DNA of 64,000 nt from an uncultured Burkholderiales bacterium (GTDB lineage Bacteria; Actinomycetota; Acidimicrobiia; IMCC26256; JACPCJ01). Shown piece by piece: positions 17,956 through 30,576 of this stretch. The stretch lies in assembly GCA_964438505.1 (NCBI GenBank), contig CAYTKN010000015.1:1883-65882 (forward strand). The letters run 5' to 3'. The first letter of the stretch is position 1. Each line of letters begins with the position of its first letter. Made by a program: the position numbers and the translations under genes. The notes beneath the pieces were generated by a model. It saw nothing but the letters and a program-made list of their open reading frames with translations, was not told where the DNA came from and ran no database searches.

Positions 17956-19113
17956 ATGATCAACTTCAGGTTCCATCTGGTCTCGCTGATCGCGGTGTTC
18001 CTGGCCCTGGCCCTCGGCGTCGTCGTCGGCTCCACGGTCATCGACCGGGCGATCGTCGACGGCCTCGAGGCCCGGATCGACGTGGTCGAGCGCAACGCCG
18101 AGGAGGTGCGCAGCGAGAACGACGAGCTGAGGGAGCGCCTCGGCGAGCTGGGCGACTTCGTGGAGCAGGCGGCGCCCTACGCGATCGACGGGCACCTCGA
18201 CGGCGAGTCGGTCGTGGTGCTGGCGGTGCGGGGGATCGACGAGGACGCCGTGCGCTCCGTCGTCGGCACGCTCCGACAGGCCGGCGCGCACGCTCCGGCG
18301 ATCCTGTGGTTGGAGCCCTCGTGGGCGCTCGTCGAGGACGACCGCCGGTCGGCCCTCGCCGAGATCCTGGAGATCGCGCCCAGCCGGGAGCTCCTCCGGG
18401 AGACGGCCGCGCGGCTGCTCGCCCGGAGGATCGTCGACGGTGGGCCCGACGCCCCCGTGGAGGGCGCGGACGACGACGGGACCGGGGAGCCGGACGGCGC
18501 CGCGGAGCCGGAGGGCACGGACGGGGAGGCGGGCGTCGGGGAGGCCGACAGCTCCGAAGGCACCGACGGCACCGGCGCGCGGGCCGAGGAGTCGGGTGGG
18601 AGCGGGACCACGACGAGCACGGAGGCCACGGCGGAGCAGCCGGAGGCGGGGACCGACTCGACGACGCTTCCCGAGGTGGAGGGCGACCTGCTGGTGCGCC
18701 TCGACGAGGCCGGGTTCCTCGCCGTCGACCGGGCCGGGGCCGAGGAGTTCGACCTGGGCGCGTACCCGCGACCGGGCAGCACCGCCGTGATCGTGGACGG
18801 GCCCGGCGCGCAGGTCTCGGCCCAGAGCCTCTTCCTCCCCGTCGCGGAGGCGGTGGCGGAGCTGAGGCTGCCGGCCGTGGCTGCGGAGATCCCCGGCTCG
18901 GGCGACGACGCGGAGGCGGCCGCGGTGATCGGCCTCGTCCGAAGCGACGAGCGCCTCGCCGACCGGATCTCCACCGTGGGACGCGCCCACACCACCCAGG
19001 GGCGCACGGCGGTCGTGCTCGCGCTCGAGCAGATCACGCGCGGGCAGGCCGGCCACTACGGCGCCGGTCCGGGCGCGTCACGCCTCCTGCCCGAGATCCC
19101 CGGCGAGGTGTGA
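17956..19113 (+). CDS. MctB/SteB-like (DUF3186, copper transporter MctB family) membrane-anchored protein
   Basis: The N-terminus MINFRFHLVSLIAVFLALALGVVVG followed by a coiled-coil is typical of the Rv1698 family. It has an acidic low-complexity insertion. It keeps the syntenic position after steA. Confidence 0.7.
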   Translation: MINFRFHLVSLIAVFLALALGVVVGSTVIDRAIVDGLEARIDVVERNAEEVRSENDELRERLGELGDFVEQAAPYAIDGHLDGESVVVLAVRGIDEDAVRSVVGTLRQAGAHAPAILWLEPSWALVEDDRRSALAEILEIAPSRELLRETAARLLARRIVDGGPDAPVEGADDDGTGEPDGAAEPEGTDGEAGVGEADSSEGTDGTGARAEESGGSGTTTSTEATAEQPEAGTDSTTLPEVEGDLLVRLDEAGFLAVDRAGAEEFDLGAYPRPGSTAVIVDGPGAQVSAQSLFLPVAEAVAELRLPAVAAEIPGSGDDAEAAAVIGLVRSDERLADRISTVGRAHTTQGRTAVVLALEQITRGQAGHYGAGPGASRLLPEIPGEV

Positions 19114-19114
19114 G

Positions 19115-20851
19115 GTGGGGGCGCGAGGAGCGCGCGGGACACCCGCGCCCGGCGACGACCGCGACACCGGCAACGACAGCAACAGCGGTGACGACGGCAT
19201 CGCCGGTGACGACACCTGCGCAGCGACCGGGAGCGACGTCGGCAGCGACACCGGCCGAGACCCGAGCCGGGCCGGCGCGAACGGCGTCGGTCGCTCGGCG
19301 GCGCGGATGGGCCTCGCCACCGCGACCTCCCGGGCGTTCGGGTTCGTGCGGGTCCTCGTCGTCGCGGCGGTGCTCGGCACGACCGACCTCGGCAACGCGT
19401 TCCAGGGGTCCAACCTCGTCTCCAACGTCCTCTTCGAGCTCCTCGCCGCGGGCGCGCTCTCGGCGGTGTTGGTTCCCGAGTTCGTGGGCCTGTTGCGTCG
19501 CGCCCGCGACCGCGACGCCGAGATGCTCGCCGGCGGACTGCTCGCCTACGGCATGCTCGCCATGGGCGCGGTGGCCGTCGTGGGGGTCGTGTCGGCCCCG
19601 GCCCTGGCGAGGCTGCTCACCGCCGGGGTCGAGGACCCGGCGAGCGCGGCGGCGCAGCGGGAGCTGGCGACCTTCCTGCTGCGGTTCTTCGTCCCCCAGG
19701 TGGTGCTCTACGCGATCGGGGCCGTGGCGACGGCGGTGCTCCAGGCCAAGCGCCGCTTCGCCGTGGCGGCGGCGGCGCCGATCGGGAACACGGTGGTCGT
19801 CGTCGCCGGCATGGTGCTCTTCGCCGTCCTGCGGGGCGGCCAGGAGCCGAGCCTGGAGGTCTCCTTCGCCGAGCGGCTCACCCTCGGCCTCGCCGGCACG
19901 CTCGGCGTCGCCGCGTTCGTCGGCGTCCCGACGGTGGCGTTGCTGGTGCGCGGGTTCCGCCTCCGTCCTCGCCTGCGGTTCGCCGATCCCATCGTGCGCC
20001 GGACGGTCCGCCACGCGGCGTGGGCCGGCTTCCAGAACGCCAGCGTCGGCATCCTGATGGCGGCGGCGCTGGTGGTCGGCATGGGCGTGTCCGGCGGGGT
20101 GGTCGCCTACTACGTCGCGTACACCTTCTTCCTCGTCCCCTACGCGGTGCTGGGCCAGTCGATCCACGACGTGATCCTGCCGGAGCTGAGCCACGACGTC
20201 GCCGCCGGCGACCTCGAGGGGTTCGGCCGCGACCTGCGCTGGGCGCTCGACGCGATGGCGCTCCTCGTCGTCCCCGCCGCGGCGGCCTACCTGGCGCTCG
20301 GCGGCCCGCTCATGGAGGTGGTGGCGTTCGGCGAGACCACGCCCGGCGGGGTGGAGATGATGGCCAGCGCGCTCGGAACCCTGGCGCTCGGCCTGCTGCC
20401 CTACAGCGCGTTCCTGCTGCTGACGCGGGCGTCCTACGCGCTCGGCGACAGCCGGACGCCGACGCTCGTGTCGGTGGCGACGGCGCTCGGCGGCGCCGCC
20501 TTCATGATCGTGGTCGGCCCCCGCTTCGGGCCGGAGGGCCGCCTCGCCGCGATGGGCGGCGGTCTGGCGCTGGCGTACACCGCGGCGACCCTCACCCTCG
20601 GAGCACGGATCGCGCGCCGCTCGCACGTGTCGCTCGTCCCCCGCGCGCTGCTGCGCTCCGTGCCGACCGCGGCGCTCACCGGCCTGGCGGTGTGGGCGGC
20701 CTGGCAGGGACTCGACCCCTCCGGGCGCCTCGTGAAGGTCCTCCTGCTGGCCGTGCTCGGCGGCGCGGGGGCCGCCGTGTACGTCGCCGTGGCTCACCCG
20801 CCGTCCCTCCAGCGGCTCCGGCGCGCGCGCACGAGCGGGGTCGCCCCATGA
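19115..20851 (+). CDS. murJ: MurJ/MviN family lipid II (MOP superfamily) flippase
   Basis: The sequence SRAFGFVRVLVVAAVLGTTDLGNAFQGSNLVSNVLFELLAAGALSAVLVP, with ~14 TM segments, is typical of MurJ. The GTG at 19115 gives a 64-aa acidic N-terminal extension. The alternative start at ATG 19307 is also plausible. Confidence 0.8.
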   Translation: MGARGARGTPAPGDDRDTGNDSNSGDDGIAGDDTCAATGSDVGSDTGRDPSRAGANGVGRSAARMGLATATSRAFGFVRVLVVAAVLGTTDLGNAFQGSNLVSNVLFELLAAGALSAVLVPEFVGLLRRARDRDAEMLAGGLLAYGMLAMGAVAVVGVVSAPALARLLTAGVEDPASAAAQRELATFLLRFFVPQVVLYAIGAVATAVLQAKRRFAVAAAAPIGNTVVVVAGMVLFAVLRGGQEPSLEVSFAERLTLGLAGTLGVAAFVGVPTVALLVRGFRLRPRLRFADPIVRRTVRHAAWAGFQNASVGILMAAALVVGMGVSGGVVAYYVAYTFFLVPYAVLGQSIHDVILPELSHDVAAGDLEGFGRDLRWALDAMALLVVPAAAAYLALGGPLMEVVAFGETTPGGVEMMASALGTLALGLLPYSAFLLLTRASYALGDSRTPTLVSVATALGGAAFMIVVGPRFGPEGRLAAMGGGLALAYTAATLTLGARIARRSHVSLVPRALLRSVPTAALTGLAVWAAWQGLDPSGRLVKVLLLAVLGGAGAAVYVAVAHPPSLQRLRRARTSGVAP

Positions 20852-23205
20852 GGCGCTGCGCCGCTGCCGTCTCGATCGTGGTGGCGCTCGCCGGCTCGGC
20901 GGCGCTGGCGGGCGGCGCGCCCGGCGCGAGGGCCGCCACAGCCGAGCACGGACGAGGCGAGCAGGGACGAACGGAGCAGGGACGAGGCGAGCAGGGACGA
21001 GGCGACGAGGCCGCCGCGGACCGGGTGCTGGTGCTGTCGTTGCCGCACCTCACCTGGGAGGACCTCGAGGCGGCCGAGACCCCCAACCTCGACCGCCTCT
21101 TCGAGGACAGCGCCCTGGGCAACCTCTCGCTGCGGGTGCGGCGACGCAAGACCGACCTCGAGACCGGCTACGCCACGATCGGGGCGGGCACCCGCGCCGA
21201 GGGGCCCTCCACCGGCGACCTCGCCCTCCAGGCCGGCGAGACGTTCGAGCACGGGACCGCGACCGACGCCTACCGGCGGCGGATGGGCCGGGTCCCCGAC
21301 GCTCCCGTGCTCGTGCTCTCCTACCCCGACTTCGTCGACCGCAACGAGGGCCTCCTCTTCGACGCCGAGATCGGAGCGCTCGGGACGGCGCTCGCGGAGG
21401 CCGGTCACCACCGCGCCGTGATCGGCAACGGCGACCGGCGCCTCGACCCGTTCGAGACCTCCGAGGTCCGCCGCCCGGTGGCCGCCGCCCTCATGGACGG
21501 CGCCGGCACCGTCCCCGGCGGGCGGATCGACTCGGGCCTGCTGCGTCGTGATCCGGGCGCGCCGTTCGGCCTGCGCCTCGACCACGGCGCGGTGCTCGAC
21601 GCGTTCGACGAGGAGTGGACCGACGGGTCGGTCGTGGTCGTGGAGGCGTCGGATCTCGCCCGCGCCGAGGCGTACCGCGGCTTCGTGGCGCCACGCCTGC
21701 GCGACGCCACGACCGCCGACGCGATCGAGCGGACCGACCGCCTCGTCGGCGAGCTGCTCGCGCGCGTCGACGCCGGGCACGACGCCGTCGTGGGCGTCGC
21801 ACCCGGTGCGCCCCGCGGCGCGCCGACCCTCAACGTCGCGGCGGTGCGCGCGCCCGGGGTGGAGCCCTCGCTGTTGACGAGCCCCACGACCCGCCGTGCG
21901 GGGTTCGTCACGATCTACGACGTCGCCGCCACGGTGGTCGACCTCGTCGGTGTCGAACGCCCGGGCTCCATGGAGGGGCGGGCGTTCGAGACCGGCGGAG
22001 CCGTTGGTCCCGCCGCCGAGCGGATCGAGCACCTCCGCTCGGAGACCGAGGAGGCCGAGCTGCGCGACCGGATCGTGGGGCCCGTCACCGCCACGTTCGT
22101 CGGTCTCCAGCTCGCGCTGGCGCTCGCCGGGGTGCTGGCGCTGCGCTTCGGCCGCGGCCGCGGCGTCGTCGGGGCGGCCGCGACGGTCGTCCTGGGGATC
22201 CTGCCCGCCACCTACCTGGCGGGCCTGGTCGACTTCTCCGGGGTCGGCTTCGCGGCGTACCTGAGCTTCGTGTTCGCGGTGGCGGTCGCGATCGCGGCGC
22301 TCGCCCGGCTGGTGAGCCGGGGCGATCCGGTGATCGCCGTCGCCGCGGTCCTGGTGGTGGTCGTGGGGGTGATCGTCGGGAACGTGGTGCTCGCCGACTC
22401 GGCGCTCCAGCTCAACACCGTGTTCGGCGACTCGCCCATCGTCGCCGGCCGGTTCACCGGGATCAACAACCTGTCGTTCGCGCAGGTCGCCGGCGGCGGC
22501 ATCCTGCTCGCCGTCCTCCTGGCCCACCGCGCGCCGGGGCGGCGCGGCGCGCTCGGAGCCGCCGGGCTCCTGGCGCTGCTCCTCGTCGTCGACGGGCTCC
22601 CCGCCTGGGGCGCGGACGTCGGTGGGGTCCTCACGGCGGTGCCGGCCTTCGGCTACGTCGCCTACCGGCTCTGGGGTGCCAGGGTCGGCCCGCGCACCCT
22701 CGTGCTCCTCGGCGTGGCCACGCTCGTCGTCCTCGGCGCGTTCACGCTCTTCGACCTGGCGCAACCTGCGGGTGAGCGCTCCCACCTCGGCCGCCTGGTC
22801 GAGCAGGTCGACGCGGAGGGAGCCGACGCCCTCGTGACGGTGGTGCTGCGCAAGCTGGCGGCGAACATCCGGGTGATCACGAGCTCCGTCTGGCTGCTGA
22901 TGGTGCCCGGCGCGCTGGCCTTCGCCGCCTACCTCGTGTGGCGCAGCCCCCACCAGCGCCGGATCGTCGAGGCGCGCATCCCGCGGTTCCGCATCGCGCT
23001 GGTGGGCGTGCTCGTGGCCGGGACCCTCGGGTTCGCGCTCAACGACTCGGGGATCGCGGTGCCCGGCATGATCCTGGGGGTCCTGAACCCGGTCATGGTG
23101 TACCTCGCGATGCGCCTCCAACCCGACGCGGACCCGCTGGGATCCCACGCGACCCGCAGCGCGGCTCGCGCAGCGGCCGGCCCGGCGGCGGAGGTCGAGT
23201 CGTGA
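20848..23205 (+). CDS. Large hypothetical membrane protein: signal peptide, ~400-aa extracytoplasmic domain (weak alkaline-phosphatase-superfamily-like motifs), ~10 C-terminal TM helices
   Basis: The ATG at 20848 forms an ATGA overlap with the murJ stop and is in frame in track ORF 20020..23205. It has an AXA-type signal peptide, a GRGEQGRTEQGRGEQGRG repeat, LVLSLPHLTWEDL..TPNLDRLF, and then a long hydrophobic C-terminal half. Confidence 0.7.
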   Translation: MRRCAAAVSIVVALAGSAALAGGAPGARAATAEHGRGEQGRTEQGRGEQGRGDEAAADRVLVLSLPHLTWEDLEAAETPNLDRLFEDSALGNLSLRVRRRKTDLETGYATIGAGTRAEGPSTGDLALQAGETFEHGTATDAYRRRMGRVPDAPVLVLSYPDFVDRNEGLLFDAEIGALGTALAEAGHHRAVIGNGDRRLDPFETSEVRRPVAAALMDGAGTVPGGRIDSGLLRRDPGAPFGLRLDHGAVLDAFDEEWTDGSVVVVEASDLARAEAYRGFVAPRLRDATTADAIERTDRLVGELLARVDAGHDAVVGVAPGAPRGAPTLNVAAVRAPGVEPSLLTSPTTRRAGFVTIYDVAATVVDLVGVERPGSMEGRAFETGGAVGPAAERIEHLRSETEEAELRDRIVGPVTATFVGLQLALALAGVLALRFGRGRGVVGAAATVVLGILPATYLAGLVDFSGVGFAAYLSFVFAVAVAIAALARLVSRGDPVIAVAAVLVVVVGVIVGNVVLADSALQLNTVFGDSPIVAGRFTGINNLSFAQVAGGGILLAVLLAHRAPGRRGALGAAGLLALLLVVDGLPAWGADVGGVLTAVPAFGYVAYRLWGARVGPRTLVLLGVATLVVLGAFTLFDLAQPAGERSHLGRLVEQVDAEGADALVTVVLRKLAANIRVITSSVWLLMVPGALAFAAYLVWRSPHQRRIVEARIPRFRIALVGVLVAGTLGFALNDSGIAVPGMILGVLNPVMVYLAMRLQPDADPLGSHATRSAARAAAGPAAEVES

Positions 23206-23227
23206 GCGGCGGCGGGGGAGCGCCGCG

Positions 23228-24064
23228 GTGAACATCGCGATCGCCTTCGTCGTCGGCTTCCTGGCCGTCCGGCTCGTGCGGATCGCCGGCCGAGCGTTCC
23301 TCGACGCGGCGTCGCTCCAGCGGGAGAACGTCCACGGGAAGATGGTCCCCACCGGCGCGGGGGTGCTGCTGGCCGTCGGCCTCGTCGTGATCGAAGGCGG
23401 CCGCGTCGTGCTGGCCTCCTTCGGCGTCGGCAACGTCGAGGGCCTCACCGAGGCCCGCGCCCTCGTGCTGATCGCGGTGCTCGGCTACGTGCTGCTCGGG
23501 TTCATCGACGACGTGGCCGTCGAGCAGGGCGCATCCGGGTTCCGGGGGCACCTGCGCGCGCTCGCCCGCGGGGAGCTCACCACGGGGGGGCTGAAGCTGG
23601 CCGGCGGCGGGCTGCTGGCCCTCGTGGTGGCCTCGCCGGTCGCGGCGGGCGACCTCGACCGGCTGGTGCTCGACGGGCTCCTCGTCGCGCTCGCCGCCAA
23701 CCTCGCCAACTTGTTCGACCGCGCGCCGGGCCGGGTCATCAAGGTGGGGATCGTGGCCTACGTGCCGCTCGCGGTGGCCAGCGGCACCGACGCCGTGGGG
23801 GTCGCGCTGGCGCCCCTGATGGGCTCGGTGATCGGACTGTTCCCCGACGACCTGCGCGAGCGGATCATGCTGGGCGACGCCGGCGCGAACGCGCTGGGCG
23901 CGGCGCTGGCCGTCGGCGCCATGCTCACCCTCGAGCCGGTCGGCCGGGACGTGGCCGTCGCGGTGCTCGCCGCCCTCAACCTCGCCGCCGAGCTGTTCTC
24001 GTTCAGCCGGGTCATCGAAGCGGTGCCGCCGCTGCGGGCGCTGGACCGCTGGGGCCGGCGCTGA
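23228..24064 (+). CDS. Short MraY/WecA-like polyprenyl-phosphate sugar-1-phosphate transferase (glycosyltransferase family 4)
   Basis: The 278-aa multi-TM protein has GFIDDV, NLANLFDRAPG and GDAGANALG, which match the three cytoplasmic-loop motifs of the MraY/WecA family. It is shorter than canonical members. Confidence 0.65.
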   Translation: MNIAIAFVVGFLAVRLVRIAGRAFLDAASLQRENVHGKMVPTGAGVLLAVGLVVIEGGRVVLASFGVGNVEGLTEARALVLIAVLGYVLLGFIDDVAVEQGASGFRGHLRALARGELTTGGLKLAGGGLLALVVASPVAAGDLDRLVLDGLLVALAANLANLFDRAPGRVIKVGIVAYVPLAVASGTDAVGVALAPLMGSVIGLFPDDLRERIMLGDAGANALGAALAVGAMLTLEPVGRDVAVAVLAALNLAAELFSFSRVIEAVPPLRALDRWGRR

Positions 24065-27394
<3,330 letters not shown>

Positions 27395-27399
27395 CACCG

Positions 27400-27960
27400 A
27401 TGGCGGGCTTCCGCCCCGTCGACGAGCACCTCCTCAGCCGGGCCGGGTTCCTCGACCTCGTCGAGGAGCGAGTGCGCACACCGGACGGCGACGAGGTCGT
27501 GCGCTTCACGGTGCGCCATCCCGGCGCGGTGGTGATCGTGGCCCTCGAGGACGACGAGCGGGTCGTGCTCGTGCGCCAGTACCGGATCGCGGCGCGAGCC
27601 GAGCTCCTCGAGCTGCCGGCCGGCAAGCGGGAGCCCGACGAGGAGCCGGAGGCGACGGCCCGGCGGGAGCTCGAGGAGGAGACCGGCCTGCTCGCGGGCC
27701 GCTGGGATCGACTCGTCGGCTTCTACAACTCGCCGGGCTTCAGCGACGAGTACTCGCACGTCTACCTGGCCCGCGACCTGGAGGTCTCCGAGCGCCACCT
27801 CGAGACCCGGGCCGAGGAGCGCCACATGGACGTCGAGCGGGTGGCGCTCGGCGACCTCGACCGTCTGCTCTCGGCCGGGGAGATCGTGGACGCCAAGACC
27901 ATCATCGGGACGACCCTCGCCCGCGCCTTCCTCCGCGGCGAGCGCACCGGGAGGCGATGA
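27400..27960 (+). CDS. NUDIX hydrolase (ADP-ribose pyrophosphatase-like)
   Basis: The ATG at 27400 is in frame in track ORF 26350..27960. It has the Nudix box GKREPDEEPEATARRELEEETG. It keeps the syntenic position after pyrG. Confidence 0.85.
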   Translation: MAGFRPVDEHLLSRAGFLDLVEERVRTPDGDEVVRFTVRHPGAVVIVALEDDERVVLVRQYRIAARAELLELPAGKREPDEEPEATARRELEEETGLLAGRWDRLVGFYNSPGFSDEYSHVYLARDLEVSERHLETRAEERHMDVERVALGDLDRLLSAGEIVDAKTIIGTTLARAFLRGERTGRR

Positions 27961-29078
27961 CCCTGATCGTCGGCGTCCCCCGAGAACGCAAGGAGGGCGA
28001 GCACCGGGTGGCGGTCACCCCCGAAGGGGTCCGTGAGCTGACCGGCGAAGGCGCGACCGTCCTCGTCGAGGCCGGCGCCGGGGTGGGCTCCGCGGTGAGC
28101 GACCTCGACTACGCGGCGGCCGGAGCGGAGATCCTCGACGACGCCGACGAGGTCTGGGGGCGCTCCGAGCTGGTGTGCAAGGTGAAGGAGCCCCAACCCG
28201 ACGAGTTCGCGTACCTGCGCGAGGACCTGACGCTGTTCGCCTTCCTGCACCTCGCCGCCTACCCGGAGGTCGCCGAGCGCCTCCGCGCGTCGGGGACCAC
28301 CGGCGTCGCGTACGAGACGGTGCAGGACGCCTCGGGCGCGCTGCCGCTGCTCGCCCCGATGAGCGAGGTGGCGGGGCGGATGACGCCGCAGATCGGCGCC
28401 CACTTCCTGGAGCGGGAGCAGGGCGGGCGCGGCGTGCTGCTCGGGGGCGCGCCCGGCGTCCGGCCCGCACGGGTGTTGATCCTGGGTGGGGGCAACGTGG
28501 GCTGGAACGCGGCGTGGATCGCGCAGGGCATGGAGGCCGAGGTGGTGCTGCTCGACCGCGACGTCGACCGGCTGCGCTGGGTCGACCAGATCCACCGGGG
28601 CAGGATCATGACGCTCGCCAGCAACCGCGGCGCGATCGAGCGCAACGTCGCCGAGTGCGACGTGCTCATCGGAGCGGTCCTGGTCGCCGGTGACCGCGCC
28701 CCGGTGCTGGTGAGCGAGGACATGGTGAGCGGGATGCGGCGCGGCTCGGTCGTCATCGACGTCGCCGTCGACCAGGGCGGGTGCATCGAGACGACCCGCG
28801 AGACGACCCACGACGATCCCGACGACGAGCACCACGGCGTCCTCCACTACGGGGTCGGCAACATCCCCGCGGCGGTGCCCCACACCTCGACCTACGCGCT
28901 GGCCAACTCGACGCTGCCGTACCTGCTGGCGCTCGCGGTCGCCGGCCCGCTCGCGGCGGCCGCCGCGGACCCGGCGCTGGAGGCCGGTCTGAACGTCGTG
29001 GGAGGCTCCGTCGTCAACCTCGCCGTCGCCCGAGCGCTCGGCACCGAGGCCGTCGACCCCGCGGAGGCCTGGGGTTGA
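27957..29078 (+). CDS. ald: Alanine dehydrogenase
   Basis: The product reads MTLIVGVPRERKEGEHRVAVTP..KVKEP..LLAPMSEVAGR..ILGGGNVG and is 373 aa. It forms an ATGA overlap with the nudix stop. Confidence 0.9.
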   Translation: MTLIVGVPRERKEGEHRVAVTPEGVRELTGEGATVLVEAGAGVGSAVSDLDYAAAGAEILDDADEVWGRSELVCKVKEPQPDEFAYLREDLTLFAFLHLAAYPEVAERLRASGTTGVAYETVQDASGALPLLAPMSEVAGRMTPQIGAHFLEREQGGRGVLLGGAPGVRPARVLILGGGNVGWNAAWIAQGMEAEVVLLDRDVDRLRWVDQIHRGRIMTLASNRGAIERNVAECDVLIGAVLVAGDRAPVLVSEDMVSGMRRGSVVIDVAVDQGGCIETTRETTHDDPDDEHHGVLHYGVGNIPAAVPHTSTYALANSTLPYLLALAVAGPLAAAAADPALEAGLNVVGGSVVNLAVARALGTEAVDPAEAWG

Positions 29079-29108
29079 GCGAGGCCGCGGCGGCGGGCGC
29101 CGACGCGC

Positions 29109-29144
29109 GACCGGCCACACGACCGGCCACACGTCCGGCCACAC
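29109..29144. repeat. Intergenic 12-bp tandem repeat x3 (gaccggccacac)
   Basis: Copies lie at 29109-29120, 29121-29132 and 29133-29144. The third copy has one substitution (gtccggccacac). The repeat sits between the ald stop and the xerD start. Confidence 0.9.
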
Positions 29145-29184
29145 GACGGGGCGCACGCCGTCGGCACGCGGCGACGGCGGCGCC

Positions 29185-30132
29185 GTGAGCAGCCGCCTCG
29201 CCGACGCGCTGGCCGAGCACGACACCTGGCTCGGCGTGGAGCGGGGGGTGGCCGACAACACGCGGCGCGCCTACCGGCGCGACCTGAGCCGCTACGCGGC
29301 GTTCCTCGCCGAGGCGGGCATCGACGATCCCGCCAGGGTCGGCGAGGAGACCGTGGCGGCCTACGTCACCTCCCTGCGCGAGGCGCTGGACGACGAGGGC
29401 TCGCCGCGCTACTCGGCGGCGACGGTCGCCCGGTCGCTGGTGGCGGTGCGCTCGTTCCACCGCTTCTGCGCCACCGAGGGCCTCGCGCCCGCCGACCCGA
29501 CCGAGGACGTCGGAGCGCCGCGGGTCCCCCAGGGGGTGCCCAAGGCGCTGAGCGAAGCCGAGGTCGGGAGACTGCTCGACGGTGTGGTGGGCACCACCCC
29601 GAGCGCGGTGCGGGACCGGGCGATCCTCGAGACCCTCTACGGCACCGGCGTGCGGATCAGCGAGCTGGTCGGCCTCGACCTCGACGCCGTCGACGTGGAG
29701 ACGCGCTTCCTGCGGGTCCTCGGCAAGGGGAGCAAGGAGCGCCTCGTGCCGGTCGGCCGGGGAGCGGCCTCCGCGCTGGGCGAGTACCTGGAGCGGGCCC
29801 GCCCGGAGCTGGCACCCGCCCGCTTCGCGCGCCGAGGCGACAGCGACGCGGTGTTCCTCAACGCCCGGGGCGGCCGCCTGACCCGGCAGGGCTGCTGGAT
29901 GATCGTCCGGCGTCACGCCCTCCGTGCGGGCCTCGGCGACCAGCTCAGCCCGCACGTGCTGCGCCACTCGTGCGCCACCCACATGCTCGAGCGCGGAGCG
30001 GACCTGCGCGTGGTCCAGGAGCTGCTCGGCCACTCGCGGATCTCGACCACCCAGGTGTACACGAAGGTGACGACCGAGCGCCTCCGCGCCGCCTACGACG
30101 CCGCGCATCCCCGGGCCCGCCGCGCGGGGTGA
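29185..30132 (+). CDS. xerD: Tyrosine recombinase XerD
   Basis: It has a phage-integrase SAM-like N-terminal domain plus the catalytic residues ..RAILETLYGTGVRISELVGL..HVLRHSCATHMLERGADLRVVQELLGHSRISTTQVYT. It keeps the syntenic position after pyrG-nudix. Confidence 0.88.
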   Translation: MSSRLADALAEHDTWLGVERGVADNTRRAYRRDLSRYAAFLAEAGIDDPARVGEETVAAYVTSLREALDDEGSPRYSAATVARSLVAVRSFHRFCATEGLAPADPTEDVGAPRVPQGVPKALSEAEVGRLLDGVVGTTPSAVRDRAILETLYGTGVRISELVGLDLDAVDVETRFLRVLGKGSKERLVPVGRGAASALGEYLERARPELAPARFARRGDSDAVFLNARGGRLTRQGCWMIVRRHALRAGLGDQLSPHVLRHSCATHMLERGADLRVVQELLGHSRISTTQVYTKVTTERLRAAYDAAHPRARRAG

Positions 30133-30203
30133 GCACCGCCCCGGCGCCGGCACCGGGGCGCGCCGCGCCGGCCGGGACCTGCGCCGCAGCGGGTCCGAGC
30201 CCC

Positions 30204-30209
30204 TACACT
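30204..30209 (+). promoter_or_regulatory. Candidate -10 box (TACACT) of a leaderless transcript
   Basis: This TANNNT hexamer ends 7 nt before the ATG at 30217, and no Shine-Dalgarno sequence lies between them. Confidence 0.4.
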
Positions 30210-30216
30210 CGCGGAC

Positions 30217-30558
30217 ATGGCCGATGTCACCTTCGACCAGCTCCGCGCGCACCTGGAAGAGGAGCGCACCCGGATCCGCGAGCAGCTCGCGCAGTACGGG
30301 TACGGCGACCCCAGCTCGCTCGCGTTCGACGAGGGATTCGCCGACTCGGGCCAGGTGACCGCCGAGCGGGGGGAGGTCGACGCGCTCGTCGGGCAGCTCG
30401 CCGAGCTGCTCGGTGACGTCGAGCGAGCGCTGGAGAAGTTCGAGGACGACTCGTTCGGACGGTGCGAATCATGCGGCGACGACATCCCGCCCGCCCGCCT
30501 CGAGGCCAAGCCGGCGGCTCGCTACTGCATCGACTGCGCCTCGAAGAAGCGCTCGTGA
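30217..30558 (+). CDS. TraR/DksA family C4-type zinc-finger protein
   Basis: The 113-aa product has a coiled-coil N-terminus and the C-terminal CESCGDDIP..YCIDC four-Cys finger. Confidence 0.8.
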   Translation: MADVTFDQLRAHLEEERTRIREQLAQYGYGDPSSLAFDEGFADSGQVTAERGEVDALVGQLAELLGDVERALEKFEDDSFGRCESCGDDIPPARLEAKPAARYCIDCASKKRS

Positions 30559-30576
30559 GCTGCTGAGGCTCTCCCC

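Noticed and set aside
15042-18095. A 1017-aa minus-strand ORF antisense to recN and steA.
   Set aside because: This is the same artefact class. It has no motifs, its codon third positions do not show the G/C bias seen in real genes here, and the plus-strand genes have clear family signatures.
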